NCBI GenBank assembly: GCA_035285585.1
Contig: JAYKGU010000315.1
Span: 5,040 to 69,039, forward strand
Origin: Synechococcales cyanobacterium
Lineage (GTDB): Bacteria > Cyanobacteriota > Cyanobacteriia > CAKZMO01
Reading direction: 5' to 3'
DNA: 64,000 nt
Under the pieces are notes generated by a model. That model was not told the origin of the DNA, searched no databases, and was given only the letters and a program-made list of their open reading frames with translations. Every line of letters starts with the position of its first letter. Position 1 is the first letter of the stretch. Below, one piece after another: positions 29,352 through 41,362 of this stretch. A program made the translations under genes and the position numbers.

Positions 29352-29435
29352 AGCTTCGATTCCAGGCTGATGCAGGAACCTCAAGATTGGCTCAATCGAA
29401 TCGCTTACTTACCCCTTTAATTTGAAAAAAAGATC

Positions 29436-30916
<1,481 letters not shown>

Positions 30917-30920
<4 letters not shown>

Positions 30921-31825
30921 AACAGATTGTTCAACGCCCGCCAAACCGATGTATAAAAATTGCCGCCATCGTCCTGGACGCGGAAAATCTGGAACGGGGC
31001 GTCCAGGTTGCCGATAAATGGGCGCAGCCGCCAGCCGAGCTGCATGCCCACGATCGCGTAGATGCCGATCCAGATACGCAGCAGCAGGTTGTTGAGGGGT
31101 TGCTCCATGCGAAAAGCGATGTAGGAGCAGCCCCGATACAGATAGCGCACGCCGTAGATGCCGCACAGCCCAAAAATCAGCACGTGCATCAGCAGCAGAA
31201 ACTGGTAGTTCTGGGTGGTAAGGCCGAAGAAGAAGGCAATGGGGGCAAGGCTGGCCAGCAGGATGGTCGTGGTGCCCAGGGTCATCACCATGAGGGCGAC
31301 GGTCTGCAAAAACTTGAAGCTCTGGCCGAGGAGCACGTTAAAGGTGTAGAGGGACGGAATGCAGATCAGGGCAGTGAGGAGGAAGAGAATCGGCAGCTTA
31401 ATGGCGGAGGCGATCGCCTGCAAAACTCCGTTATACATCCCCATTACCACGCCATAGATCGCGGAGAGCAAAATACAGAGAATCGACATGGACGCAATAA
31501 TGCGGGGCAATTCCTTCTGGCTGTGAATTTGCTCAAACAGGGCCGTCTGCGCCCGCAGGATGTAGTCGAGGAAATAGAAGGATAGCTGTAAAACGCCGCT
31601 ATTGTGAATCGTTTGCCGGAGCGCCTGAATTTCTTTTTGGGAGAGTTCTTGAGAACGGGGCGATCGCTTCCGGCGAACATCAGGGGGCAGAGATTCTAAA
31701 AACTCTTCACCTGGGGTAGCCCAGTCTAGCGTTACATCCTCTTCGTAAGTGCCGGAGATGGTTTTATCATTCGGTTTCTTGTCGGATTTTTCGGTGCCCA
31801 GGTCAGGCGGAAATTCGGGTTCCAT
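30917..31825 (-). CDS. integral membrane protein, possibly Yip1-like (5-6 TM); start uncertain (ORF extends to 31948)
   Basis: hydrophobic helices in C-terminal 220 aa, hydrophilic N-terminus; no catalytic motif. Confidence 0.4.
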
Positions 31826-31961
31826 AACATCCTCATAATTTGCTACAGCCGTGGCGGTTCCAGTTGATGGCTGTTGTAGCAAATTTATGGGGGCGATCGC
31901 TAGCGAGGAATTTCCCGAACGTCTCACTATTAAAGGCGTTCGGGTCATTTTACTGTTGGTT

Positions 31962-32024
31962 GGGGCGAAGCATTCGGTAGATACTTTTGGATGTATCCAA
32001 AGAACTTTGGCCGAATGCTTCGCC
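31962..32024. other. long composite hairpin: 15-bp outer stem GGGCGAAGCATTCGG/CCGAATGCTTCGCCC enclosing inner 7-bp stem TTTGGAT/ATCCAAA
   Basis: read directly; lies at 3' end of 90-aa ORF on minus strand. Confidence 0.7.
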
Positions 32025-32025
32025 C

Positions 32026-32298
32026 TTACCGGTTAGATTTGCGACCTCCAGGCGGTGTGCGGTGGGGGCCAAAATATTTTTCGCTACGATACCGCAACCA
32101 GACGCGGAGCTGTTGGGGAATTTGGTCTTTCTGCTCCGGGGTGAGGGTGTTGTAGAGGGTTAGGGCCTTTTCTCGCTCGCCTCGGCAGGCGCGATTGTTG
32201 TGGGCATCCCAGTAGGAGCGGGCCACGCGGATGCGGCGACACACCTCTTTGACTAGGGTGTCACCGCTCAGGGGTTCGTCGGATTTCCGTTTTGCCAT
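32026..32298 (-). CDS. small basic hypothetical protein directly downstream of ispH (exact 3' end uncertain by a few nt)
   Basis: ATG 1 nt after ispH stop; Arg/Lys-rich; no family recognised. Confidence 0.35.
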   Translation of the reverse strand: MAKRKSDEPLSGDTLVKEVCRRIRVARSYWDAHNNRACRGEREKALTLYNTLTPEQKDQIPQQLRVWLRYRSEKYFGPHRTPPGGRKSNR

Positions 32299-32299
32299 C

Positions 32300-33532
32300 T
32301 CAGGCGATCGCCACCGCTCCTTTCAGCTCAAAGATTTTCTCAATGACGTCTGAGACCACCTTGTCAGGGGTCGAGGCTCCCGACGTGACGCCGACGGCGA
32401 TCGCACCATCGGGCAGCCAGTTCTCCTGAATCGCCAGGTCTTGCTGGAGGGGCTTGTGCTCGATGCGATTGTCTGGCCCGATGCGATCGGCGCTGTCGAT
32501 GTGGTAGGAGGGAATGCCGTACTCAATGGCGATTTCCTGGAGGTGGGTGGTGTTGGAGGAGTTGTAGCCGCCGATGACCACCATCAGGTCCAAGTCTTTC
32601 TTCACCAGGTCATACATGGCGTCCTGCCGCTCCTGGGTGGCGTCGCAGATGGTGTTGAAGCTCATGAAGTGGTCGTTGAGTGCCGTGGGGCCGTACTTCT
32701 GCATCATGGTGCGCTCAAACAGCTTGCCAATCTGCTCCGTCTCCCCCTTGAGCATGGTGGTCTGGTTGGCGATGCCGATTTGCACCAGGTCGCGATCGGG
32801 GTCAAAGCCGGGGGAGCAGGCTTTGCGGAAGGTGGCCATGAATTCGTCCCGCCGCTGCTGCCGTTCTTCTGGAGAGTCCCCAGGGCTGAGGATGTAGTCG
32901 CACACGTACTGGGCCTGCTTCAGGTTGAGGACGATCAGGTAAGTCCCGGCGAAGGAGCTGGTGGCCACCGTCTCCTCATGGTTGTATTTGCCGTGGATGA
33001 TGGAGGTGTAGCTTTTTTTCTTGTGCTTCTCCACCGAGTTCCATACCTTGGCCACCCAGGGACAGGTGGTATCGACGATGGTGCACTGGCGATCGCTCAA
33101 AAGCTGCATTTCCTGGACGCTGGCCCCAAAGGCGGGCAGGATTACCACATCGCCCTTGCTGACACCGGAAAAGTCCTTCTCGTTGTCCTTCACTTCGATA
33201 AACTCGACCCGCATGTCCCGCAGCCGCTGGTTCACCGAGGGATTGTGGATAATCTCATTGGTAATCCAGATGCGCTCGGTGGGAAAATGCTGCCGGGTTT
33301 CGTAGGCCATGGCCACCGCCCGCTCCACGCCCCAGCAGAACCCAAAGGCTTCCGCCAGGTGAATGGTCACGTCGCCCCTGGTGAGGGTGTAGTGGTGGTC
33401 GCGGATCTGCTGGATGAGGCTGCTCTGGTACTCCGCATTCATCACAGTGGAGATTTCTGCCTCGTGGCCGAACCCTTTGCGGTGATAGTTTTCCGACTGA
33501 TTGAGCGATCGCTTGAAGGCTTTTGTGTCCAT
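32300..33532 (-). CDS. ispH: 4-hydroxy-3-methylbut-2-enyl diphosphate reductase (long cyanobacterial form)
   Basis: [10 protein letters not shown]...[16 protein letters not shown]... conserved LytB Cys; ORF opens at 33607 but MDTKAF start matches cyanobacterial IspH. Confidence 0.9.
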   Translation of the reverse strand: MDTKAFKRSLNQSENYHRKGFGHEAEISTVMNAEYQSSLIQQIRDHHYTLTRGDVTIHLAEAFGFCWGVERAVAMAYETRQHFPTERIWITNEIIHNPSVNQRLRDMRVEFIEVKDNEKDFSGVSKGDVVILPAFGASVQEMQLLSDRQCTIVDTTCPWVAKVWNSVEKHKKKSYTSIIHGKYNHEETVATSSFAGTYLIVLNLKQAQYVCDYILSPGDSPEERQQRRDEFMATFRKACSPGFDPDRDLVQIGIANQTTMLKGETEQIGKLFERTMMQKYGPTALNDHFMSFNTICDATQERQDAMYDLVKKDLDLMVVIGGYNSSNTTHLQEIAIEYGIPSYHIDSADRIGPDNRIEHKPLQQDLAIQENWLPDGAIAVGVTSGASTPDKVVSDVIEKIFELKGAVAIA

Positions 33533-33607
33533 GCCCATTCCTACTTCAGCATTGCAAACCGGGGTTGCTCTTAGCCTACCAAAACATTTCACCCCAAGTC
33601 CGCCCAA

Positions 33608-34606
33608 TTAGCTCTGATCCAGCGCCAGTTGCTCAAAGAGTTGCAGGGCCGAGGTCCACACGAGGTAGCCGTTGCGGTTGAGGTGCAGTCCATCGGTGGT
33701 AAGGTCGAGCCGGAGGTTGCCGTCGGCATCACTGAACAGGGGATACAGATCCAGGAAATCGGCCCCTTCCTGACGGGCGATCGCCGCCAGTTCCCGATTC
33801 AGGTTCCGGATGCGCTGGTTGGGAATGGCCAGCAGCCGCTCCTTCCCCTCCCAGCTTGACTCCTCTCCGGCGTGGGGCAGCACCGACTGCACCACAATCG
33901 CCGCATCGGGGTGCTGCTCGCGGAGTTCCTGGATAATGGCCCGCTGATTCGCCAGAATCGTGGCATCCGTCACCTCCCGCAGCATGTCGTTGATGCCAAT
34001 CATCACGAAAATCGTGTCGGGCTGGGTGCGGTCGATTAGATCCAGTCGCTTCAGCAGGCCTGCCGTTCCCTCCCCAGAGATGCCCTGGTTCAGCCAGGTT
34101 TGGGACGGGGGCAGTAGCTCGCTGGGGAACCACAGGCTGATGGAGTCTCCCATGAGAATGCTCAAATTGTCCGGCGCTTCATTGGCGATCGCCCGCGCTT
34201 CCGTCTCCAGCAGAGCAACCCACTCGTCATAGCTCAAGTCGAGCCGTGGCCCCAGTGCCGGGGGGGGTAGGTCAGGGGAATCGTCTGAGGCAAGCTGGCT
34301 AGAAGCAGACGACTCCGCCAGGGACAATGGCGCATTAGAGGTCATCGCCTGGACTTCCGGTGGACTGACTTCACCTGCGATCGCCCGAGTTGAGGGGCTA
34401 GGGGGGCGGGGGCGATCGCGCCAACCCAGCACCAGCACCAGGGCAAGCAGCACCGCATTGACCCCCAGGGAGACATAGCACCAGGCTGGCAGCACGTACA
34501 CATGGGGAGAATGGACCGCAAATCGAATCGACCGCGCCGTTGTGCGACGGAGGTGATCGAAGTGGCGATCGCCCAGCCGTTTGTCTTGCTGAACCTTATC
34601 TACCAC
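33608..34606 (-). CDS. SGNH/GDSL-family hydrolase with N-terminal TM anchor and Pro-rich linker
   Basis: block I GDSIS-like (MGDSISLWF), ...IFVMIGINDM..., DGLHLNRNGY block V. Confidence 0.7.
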   Translation of the reverse strand: MVDKVQQDKRLGDRHFDHLRRTTARSIRFAVHSPHVYVLPAWCYVSLGVNAVLLALVLVLGWRDRPRPPSPSTRAIAGEVSPPEVQAMTSNAPLSLAESSASSQLASDDSPDLPPPALGPRLDLSYDEWVALLETEARAIANEAPDNLSILMGDSISLWFPSELLPPSQTWLNQGISGEGTAGLLKRLDLIDRTQPDTIFVMIGINDMLREVTDATILANQRAIIQELREQHPDAAIVVQSVLPHAGEESSWEGKERLLAIPNQRIRNLNRELAAIARQEGADFLDLYPLFSDADGNLRLDLTTDGLHLNRNGYLVWTSALQLFEQLALDQS

Positions 34607-34837
34607 GGGTTAGCTACCTACTGCCGAAAGCCATCAAGATAGAGTGTATCTGAAATTCTTGCCATGTCCAGGCTGTAAGTAGGTCAGCACAATTAAATTC
34701 ATGTTAGAAAACCGGGGGAGGTTAAGCAAAAACCGCCAGGCGGTGGTTACACCAGACCCAGCGGTGAGATAAACCTAGACGATGGATAGAAAATTACTCA
34801 GTCAAACCACCGATACCAGGATAACGAGACCCAAAGC

Positions 34838-36253
34838 CTATGGAGTCGAGGTCATCCCCGAATGGCTGGTAATACTCGCAGCAGGCATCCCAGCCGCACC
34901 ACTCGCGTCTTTAACAAAACCGCTGTAAGCTTCCATGCCATGCTCAGCAATATCGAGGCCCATCAGCTCGTCTTCCTGAGAAACGCGAATGCCTACAGTA
35001 GCCCGGAGGACACCCCAGAAGATGGCAGAAGCGATGACGGTAAAGGCACCAATCGCCACGATACCGAGAATCTGGGAGCCAAGCTGGGCAAAGCCACCGC
35101 CGTAGAGCAAGCCGCTCTCCGTATTGAACAACCCAACGGCCAGAGTTCCCCAAACGCCGCAGACGAGGTGAACCGAAAGAGCGCCGACGGGGTCATCAAC
35201 TTTAATGCTGTCAAAGAAGAATACAGAAAAGACCACGATAATACCAGCAATCAAGCCGATAATCACGGATCCAAGATAGTCAACGCCTGCACAGCCAGCC
35301 GTAATGCCGACCAGACCAGCCAGGATGCCGTTGATAATCATGGACAGGTCAGGCTTACCAGAGGTAACCCAGGAGGTGACTGTCGCAGCGATACCGCCTG
35401 CGGCGGCTGCCAGGTTGGTGGTCACCGCAATGAACGGAACAGCCTCAGATGCCGCTAGCTCAGAACCAGGGTTGAAGCCGAACCAGCCAATCCACAGAAT
35501 CAGACAGCCCAACATGGACAGGCTCAGGTTGTGACCGGGGAGGGCCGTAGGCTGACCGTCCTGATACTTACCAATCCGGGGGCCAAGGAAGATGGCACCC
35601 ACCAGCGCTGCCCAACCGCCAACTGAGTGGACTACGGTGGAGCCTGCAAAGTCAGAGAAGCCGACGCCGCCCAACCAACCATTACCACTCCAGACCCAGT
35701 GTCCCGTGATGGGGTAAGCGATTCCGGTTAGCAGGACGCTGAAGACCAGGAAGGCAACGAAGTGAACCCGCTCAGCTACAGCACCGGAAACGATCGTCGC
35801 AGCGGTAGCGGCAAAGGCAACCTGGAACAGGAAAAATACAGACACAGGTAGCCCTGCGGGGAAGGGGTCTAACCCATAGGCAGCAGAGTCGCCGGTCAGG
35901 AACCAGCCACCACCACCGATAAAACCACCGCCGCCACCAAACATGATCGAGAAGCCGATCGCCCAAAAAGCAATGGTCGCTAAGGCGAAGACAATCAGGT
36001 TTTTGGAAAGAATGTTGACGGCATTTTTCTGGCGACAAAAACCAGTTTCTAACATGCCGAAGCCCGCGTTCATGAAGATCACGAGCACCGAGGCAACAGT
36101 AATCCAAATAGCGTCAAGTACGCCTTTGACATATTCAGGGGTTATTGCTTCCTCCTGGGCAGAGGCCGCCAGGCCAACAGCACCTACGATGAGAAAAGCC
36201 AGGGGAGCACACGCCGCCCATTTCCAAGACGACTTGGAAAGCATTCCTGCCAT
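34838..36253 (-). CDS. amt: ammonium transporter (Amt/MEP family) with signal peptide
   Basis: 11 TM; signature regions ...DFAGGTVVH..., GAIAERV-like; ORF opens at 36364, likely start at MAGMLSKSS. Confidence 0.85.
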   Translation of the reverse strand: MAGMLSKSSWKWAACAPLAFLIVGAVGLAASAQEEAITPEYVKGVLDAIWITVASVLVIFMNAGFGMLETGFCRQKNAVNILSKNLIVFALATIAFWAIGFSIMFGGGGGFIGGGGWFLTGDSAAYGLDPFPAGLPVSVFFLFQVAFAATAATIVSGAVAERVHFVAFLVFSVLLTGIAYPITGHWVWSGNGWLGGVGFSDFAGSTVVHSVGGWAALVGAIFLGPRIGKYQDGQPTALPGHNLSLSMLGCLILWIGWFGFNPGSELAASEAVPFIAVTTNLAAAAGGIAATVTSWVTSGKPDLSMIINGILAGLVGITAGCAGVDYLGSVIIGLIAGIIVVFSVFFFDSIKVDDPVGALSVHLVCGVWGTLAVGLFNTESGLLYGGGFAQLGSQILGIVAIGAFTVIASAIFWGVLRATVGIRVSQEDELMGLDIAEHGMEAYSGFVKDASGAAGMPAASITSHSGMTSTP

Positions 36254-36470
36254 TTTGCCAAATGCAATTTCAGGCGTAGACCATGAGGCCAGACCCGTCG
36301 CTTTCGCGCGCTTGCCTCTTCCTTTCAAACGTTTCTTGCTGAGCACAATTTTAGACATCATCACTGGACGTTCCTATTAATTACCATCGAGCAGCAAACC
36401 CACTCGGGCTGTTTCGAGTCTCACAAACCAGGAGGAGCGATTAGAAGGAACCAGAATCTACAAAGCGGAA

Positions 36471-36484
36471 GTAGCCTGCACTAC
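36471..36484. promoter_or_regulatory. candidate NtcA binding site GTAGCCTGCACTAC (GTA-N8-TAC) upstream of amt
   Basis: exact palindromic-class match ~220 nt upstream of likely amt start; amt genes are classical NtcA targets. Confidence 0.4.
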
Positions 36485-36779
36485 AGGATTTAAAATTCAT
36501 ACCACAGCCTGATTAGTTTGGAAACAAGTACCCAAGCAGCTTTCAGGTGCTCTCAAATCCCACTAAAAACAAGCGGCAGAGCATATTGCCGACCGATTAA
36601 AGTCAGCGCCGTGGAACAAACCTGCACCGCTAAACTGTGTGACCTATTTGTAGAAACGATTGCACCAGTAATACGATGTGTCTTCTGTATAAGAGAATAC
36701 CATTCTCCACAAGAGCACGGGGATGAGTCGAAATTCTGGGGCTTAAAACCCCCACTGAGACGCTTTAAGGACAGTTCGA

Positions 36780-37139
36780 CTAGAAAATAACTTCGTCTTC
36801 TTTCCGCCATGCCGGATCAACAATGCAGAGAAAGATTAAATCTTCTTCACCGCAGTTGCGAATGAACTGACGAGCATGGGGCGGAATGTAAACTGCGTCG
36901 CCTGGTTCAACAATTTTTTGTTCCTCGTCAATGGTCATTTCTCCCTGACCCTGCAGAATGTAGTACACCTCAGAGGTGGTTAAGGCGTGGGGAGTCGAGG
37001 ATTGCCCCATCGCTACCACCGCGTGGGCAAGGCTGTAGCGCAGATCAATCGGTTGTTTGTCGGGATGGAGAAGCTCTCGCAGGCGAGTGCTGTCTCCCGC
37101 CACAAACTCAGCACAATCCTGTAATCGTTGAACGAGCAT
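36780..37139 (-). CDS. cupin-domain protein (ORF extends to 37238; internal Met start favoured)
   Basis: two-motif cupin pattern ...YILQGQGEMTIDEEQKIVEPGDAVYIPPHARQFIRNCGEE... Confidence 0.6.
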   Translation of the reverse strand: MLVQRLQDCAEFVAGDSTRLRELLHPDKQPIDLRYSLAHAVVAMGQSSTPHALTTSEVYYILQGQGEMTIDEEQKIVEPGDAVYIPPHARQFIRNCGEEDLIFLCIVDPAWRKEDEVIF

Positions 37140-37155
37140 TTGAGTGACCCCATGA

Positions 37156-37518
37156 CTAGCGATCGCAATAAGCAGGCAACCGGGACGCTTCGACAGGCTC
37201 AAAATCAGGGCAGTTAATCGCCGCTTCTGAAAGGGCAATGGTGGGTCGGACGGGACACTTCAGGTGATAGTCTCCTGTGAAATATTGACAATCAGCGCAG
37301 GGAATTTTGTGCATCCGCTTCGCCCTGGATACCCCGTCCCGGACAGCCGACCACATACTCCAGGCCAACAGTAAAAGCAGCCCCCACGCCGCCACAAAGC
37401 AAATGGGCACCAGAGCCGGTTGAACAAACTCGATCAGATGTCGCAGAAAGTTGAAAAAGGTTGCCAGTACCTGGTTAACCATGTCGCTACTCATCAAAAT
37501 ATAGTTCCTCGAAAACAT
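37156..37518 (-). CDS. small Cys-rich membrane protein (one TM, CxxC...C...C)
   Basis: ORF with hydrophobic helix and CADCQYF...HLKCP...NCP; likely start at Met 13 (37482). Confidence 0.3.
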   Translation of the reverse strand: MFSRNYILMSSDMVNQVLATFFNFLRHLIEFVQPALVPICFVAAWGLLLLLAWSMWSAVRDGVSRAKRMHKIPCADCQYFTGDYHLKCPVRPTIALSEAAINCPDFEPVEASRLPAYCDR

Positions 37519-38118
37519 AATGCGGGCTGAAGGTTTTTAGGGAGATTTTTAATATCAAAGCCTGTCGTTATTTCTTAATTTTTTCTTGCTTTAAAGAATA
37601 TGTAAGACAAAGACAAAGGTTTAGATGTGCGATCGCTCAACGCTTAGTTACTGCATCTAAACAGGTCAGCTTTATTCCCACTAAAATTCATTATTTAAAT
37701 TTTATTGTTCAATCGCTAATCCTACTGGCTCAGATTGTTAAACTTCCCTAACTTTTGTTGCAAATCTTTTATTTTCGTCCTTGAAGCGCCTACCCGAAAA
37801 CCCCCTCAGTTTTTTGGCAGCCAAAACTTCAAGCGCTTTGTTGGATAGGTTCCAAAGGAGAAGGTTAACCGGGCGATCGCTTCGCCAATTCTCCCCCAGT
37901 CGCCACAAAATAGCTGCAGATACAAGGTACTCCATCCAAAATCCCCTGAGCACCTCCAAAAGGCAGAATCACAGGGCAATTGACGACAGCACAGTGGAGG
38001 TTTGGGAAAGGGCATTTTGGAAAAAGATCTAAACTCCGACCGGAAAACCGGGGTTTATGGCATCATAAGGGGCAGGATAGATGTTTACGCTATTTCAAAC
38101 CTAGAGGAAACGACACCA

Positions 38119-38756
38119 TGACACTTCAGTTAGGGGACACCGTCCCAAACTTTACTCAGCAATCATCCGAGGGAGAAATCAACTTCTACGACTGGGCAGG
38201 CGATAGCTGGGTTGTCCTGTTCTCCCACCCCGCCGACTATACGCCTGTTTGCACCACCGAGTTGGGCGAAGTTGCCAGGCTCAAGCCCGAATTCGACAAG
38301 CGAAATGCCAAGGTAATCGCCCTCAGCGTAGATGATGCTGAATCCCACATGGGCTGGATTAATGACATCAACGAAACCCAAAAAACCTCGGTTAACTATC
38401 CGATTCTGGCGGACAACGATAAGCAGGTTTCTGAGCTGTATGGCATGATTCACCCCAATGCCAACGCATCGCTGACAGTGCGCACGGTATTCGTAGTTGA
38501 TCCCAACAAAAAGCTGCGCCTGACCCTCACCTATCCCCCCAGCACGGGCCGCAATTTTGAGGAAATTTTGCGCGTTATTGATTCACTACAGTTGACCGAC
38601 AACTTCAGTGTCGCTACCCCTGTTAACTGGAAAGATGGCGATGACTGTGTAATCGTACCGTCGCTCAAAGATCCTGAGGTATTAAAGGAAAAATTCCCCA
38701 AGGGCTACACCGAAGTAAAGTCTTATCTACGGATGACGCCACAGCCCAACAAATAA
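38119..38756 (+). CDS. 1-Cys peroxiredoxin (Prx6-like)
   Basis: MTLQLGDTVPNF...FSHPADYTPVCTTELG peroxidatic Cys motif; ORF opens at 37980. Confidence 0.85.
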
Positions 38757-38808
38757 CCCTTGAATGGGCAGATTAAGATAGGTCGCCTTAAGTAAACGCG
38801 ACTGTTGT

Positions 38809-38850
38809 GGGGTGTACTTCCCGGTGGGAGGCGCACCCCGCTTGTTTTTC
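38809..38850 (+). terminator. rho-independent terminator (GGGGTG-loop-CACCCC + GCTTGTTTTT)
   Basis: 6-bp GC stem then T-run ~55 nt after peroxiredoxin stop. Confidence 0.55.
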
Positions 38851-38891
38851 TGTGACCCGATATTCAGAGCTGTGAATTTAATAGGGTGAAA

Positions 38892-38929
38892 AACCTGTAG
38901 GGGCATGGAATTCCATGCCCCTACAGGTT
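38892..38929. repeat. 38-nt perfect palindrome AACCTGTAGGGGCATGGAA|TTCCATGCCCCTACAGGTT between convergent genes
   Basis: read directly; family TAGGGGCA..TGCCCCTA. Confidence 0.85.
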
Positions 38930-38966
38930 AAATAATTACTGAGAATCCAACTTTACACTCTTAGGA

Positions 38967-39449
38967 TCAAGCCGCCGCCAGGGTTTGGGAAAGAGGCTGC
39001 CAGCGGAAGGTGCGATCGCCCCCCATTTCAACCACAACCTTAATCCGTGGCTCGATCTGCGGCAGGGCAGTCAAAAATTCTAGCTCCTGACGCGACAAAA
39101 TCATGCCCTCCAGCAACCAGATCACCAGGCCCTTCGATTGGGGCGGGAGCTGCTCAAGCTGGTAAGTGGCCGCCGGGGGCAGGTAATAGCGGTAGCCCAC
39201 TGCCGCCCCGGTACCGATATCTTTCTTTCCCAGGTGGGGTGGACGCACCCCATGGACATCAAGCAGGTAGGCAGAAACATCGCCCAATCCGCGCGATGCC
39301 AGATGCAACATGCCATATCCGGCTGCCCTCAGGCGACGCTGATAGCGCCCTTCGTACCCCCCTTCTAGAGGCACGTAGACCGCCAGGGCACCCGCACTTT
39401 CCAGATCTTTCGCAAACCTTTTACCGGTCACGATTAATGCCATCGCCAA
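38967..39449 (-). CDS. hypothetical protein (160 aa)
   Basis: ORF only; no motif recognised. Confidence 0.4.
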   Translation of the reverse strand: MAMALIVTGKRFAKDLESAGALAVYVPLEGGYEGRYQRRLRAAGYGMLHLASRGLGDVSAYLLDVHGVRPPHLGKKDIGTGAAVGYRYYLPPAATYQLEQLPPQSKGLVIWLLEGMILSRQELEFLTALPQIEPRIKVVVEMGGDRTFRWQPLSQTLAAA

Positions 39450-39739
39450 CTTTCTCCTTAAAGGTGATTTCAGGCTGCTAACCCACCTACCCGGTATCCG
39501 GCAACCATGGCCCCGCCACAGTAGCGCCCCTTGGGCAGGTACTCAGCACCAATGATGTCATATTTAATATCGTCCAATATCGTTATCTTAAGACACGCAA
39601 CCGGCACTTAAAGCACAAGGGGAAAAATGCCTCCCCTGACCCAGAGGTCAATATCCAGAGGTCAATATAGAGTTTCTTATGCGGGTGGAGTACAGCATGA
39701 GACGCGCCTAGGAGATTTCCGTGAAAGCCCATACCGCCC

Positions 39740-39832
39740 GTAGGGTGCCGTATAGCCCAAGGGCATGGCTATCGCTAGAGCGAAGCGTAACGCACCGTGG
39801 GCTGGTAATTTCATTTCAAGAAATCACCCTAC
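39740..39832. repeat. second copy of GTAGGGTG...AGCGTAACGCACCG...GGGCTG...CACCCTAC structured element
   Basis: read directly; compare 21577-21658. Confidence 0.5.
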
Positions 39833-39854
39833 CCGCATCTCATGCGATTGAAGC

Positions 39855-39886
39855 CACTCCAGGATTGTTAGAATAACCCTGGAGTG
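39855..39886. other. 9-bp perfect hairpin CACTCCAGG-14nt-CCTGGAGTG
   Basis: read directly in ORF-free leader region. Confidence 0.6.
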
Positions 39887-39988
39887 ATTCCGAAATGGCC
39901 AGGGGATCCTTTGATCTAAAGTAGGGCCTCTTAAAATTCTTGTGGACAATCGCTCTAGATTTATCTATACTGTTTAATCGTGGCTAAT

Positions 39989-40060
39989 CCAATCCTGGCT
40001 GATTGGTTCGGCTGGTTGGTTTGGCTGACTGGTTTGATTGATTTTACTTTGATTGATTAG
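39989..40060. repeat. degenerate tandem repeats (GGCTGAYTGGTT x3-4, then TGATTGATT x2)
   Basis: read directly. Confidence 0.6.
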
Positions 40061-40588
40061 CGACGTTGATCGGGCGCAGTTCAAATTTGGCTGCTCCTGC
40101 CAAACTTGCTCCCTCAGGTTTAACCAGGGCTTTCAGTAAAGCTCAGCCTGGTTGCCTAATTGCTCAGGAGCACTGAATGTAGTGGCTGTAAAGGATACTC
40201 AGTGGAGGGCGATCGCGCCTATCTGCTAAAGTCCTAGCCCCATGCGTAGGTCTGTGTTGAAAGTGCCCCATACCTGGACTGAATACAGGCCGCAGGTGTG
40301 GCCTGGCTGGGAACCGTGCTGCTAAGGATTGGGGTTGCATTTCTGCGATCGCCCTCCAGGCAGACTATTTGCGACCAAAGGCGGAATGAGCGAAAGTTGC
40401 TCAAACGTCTTTGATCGCAGTGAGCTGATGCCGAATAAAGGCTTGGCTCGAGTTTAGTGTGGCTTAAGATTCCATTTTTTAGGCCCAGCTTTCTCCTCCA
40501 GATCGCAAAAGATCTTCTTTGTCTAAAAAGAGGAATCAGCTAGATCCGCAGGATCTGAACCAATGTACTGTTCGTATTAGAGGGAGAC

Positions 40589-41230
40589 GTGACGATCGTG
40601 GCCGTAGGTATCCTTGGCACCAAACTCGGCATGACCCAAGTCTTCGATGACGAGGGCAGAGCTATTCCAGTCACCGTGGTGCAGGCAGGCCCCTGCACCG
40701 TCACACAAATCAAAACAGAGCAGACGGATGGGTACACCGCCATTCAGGTAGGCTACGGTAGCGTGTCCGAAAAGGCCCTGAATAGGCCGAAGCTGGGACA
40801 CCTCAAAAAGTCTGAAACATCCCCGGTGCGCCACCTGCGCGAGTATCGACTCGCCCAGCCTGGTGAATTTGAGCTGGGGCAGCAAATTACCGTCGCCAGT
40901 TTTGAGGCAGGCCAGCTTGTAGACGTAATTGGCACCAGCATTGGTCGTGGATTTGCGGGCTATCAAAAGCGCCACAACTTCCGTCGAGGCCCGATGGCCC
41001 ACGGTTCAAAAAACCACCGTCTGCCCGGTTCAACGGGTGCGGGCACCACGCCAGGGCGCGTCTATCCTGGAAAGCTGATGGCGGGACGGTATGGCGGTAC
41101 GCAGGTGACGATCCGCAAGCTGTCGGTTGTGCGGGTAGATACCGAGCGCAATCTTCTCTTGATTAAGGGAGCTGTCCCTGGGAAGCCAGGTACGTTTTTG
41201 GACATCCGGCCTACAAAGACCTGGAAGTAA
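40589..41230 (+). CDS. rplC: 50S ribosomal protein L3
   Basis: GTG start with AGGGAG SD; ...[13 protein letters not shown]... Confidence 0.9.
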   Translation: MTIVAVGILGTKLGMTQVFDDEGRAIPVTVVQAGPCTVTQIKTEQTDGYTAIQVGYGSVSEKALNRPKLGHLKKSETSPVRHLREYRLAQPGEFELGQQITVASFEAGQLVDVIGTSIGRGFAGYQKRHNFRRGPMAHGSKNHRLPGSTGAGTTPGRVYPGKLMAGRYGGTQVTIRKLSVVRVDTERNLLLIKGAVPGKPGTFLDIRPTKTWK

Positions 41231-41362
41231 GTGAGCTGGCTGTCGCGATCGCCCACAGCGCGATCGCATCCCGAAGGGTTTTACACACCGGATTAAAGCC
41301 GCTGGTGCCATCCTGGTCAGGGCAATCAAGATAATGGCGAGATGAAGTAAGGGGGAGAAACA

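Noticed and set aside
32441-33574. 377-aa plus-strand ORF opposite ispH
   Set aside because: Antisense artefact. The ispH frame matches the conserved LytB sequence.
39482-40588. Possible tmRNA / RNase P RNA / tRNA in the ORF-free leader
   Set aside because: I could not find the conserved tmRNA T-arm/CCA end, the RNase P P4 consensus (GGAAAGTCCGGGC), or any tRNA T-loop (GGTTCGAATCC-like) here or elsewhere in the window. The region is kept as a generic ncRNA/leader candidate only.
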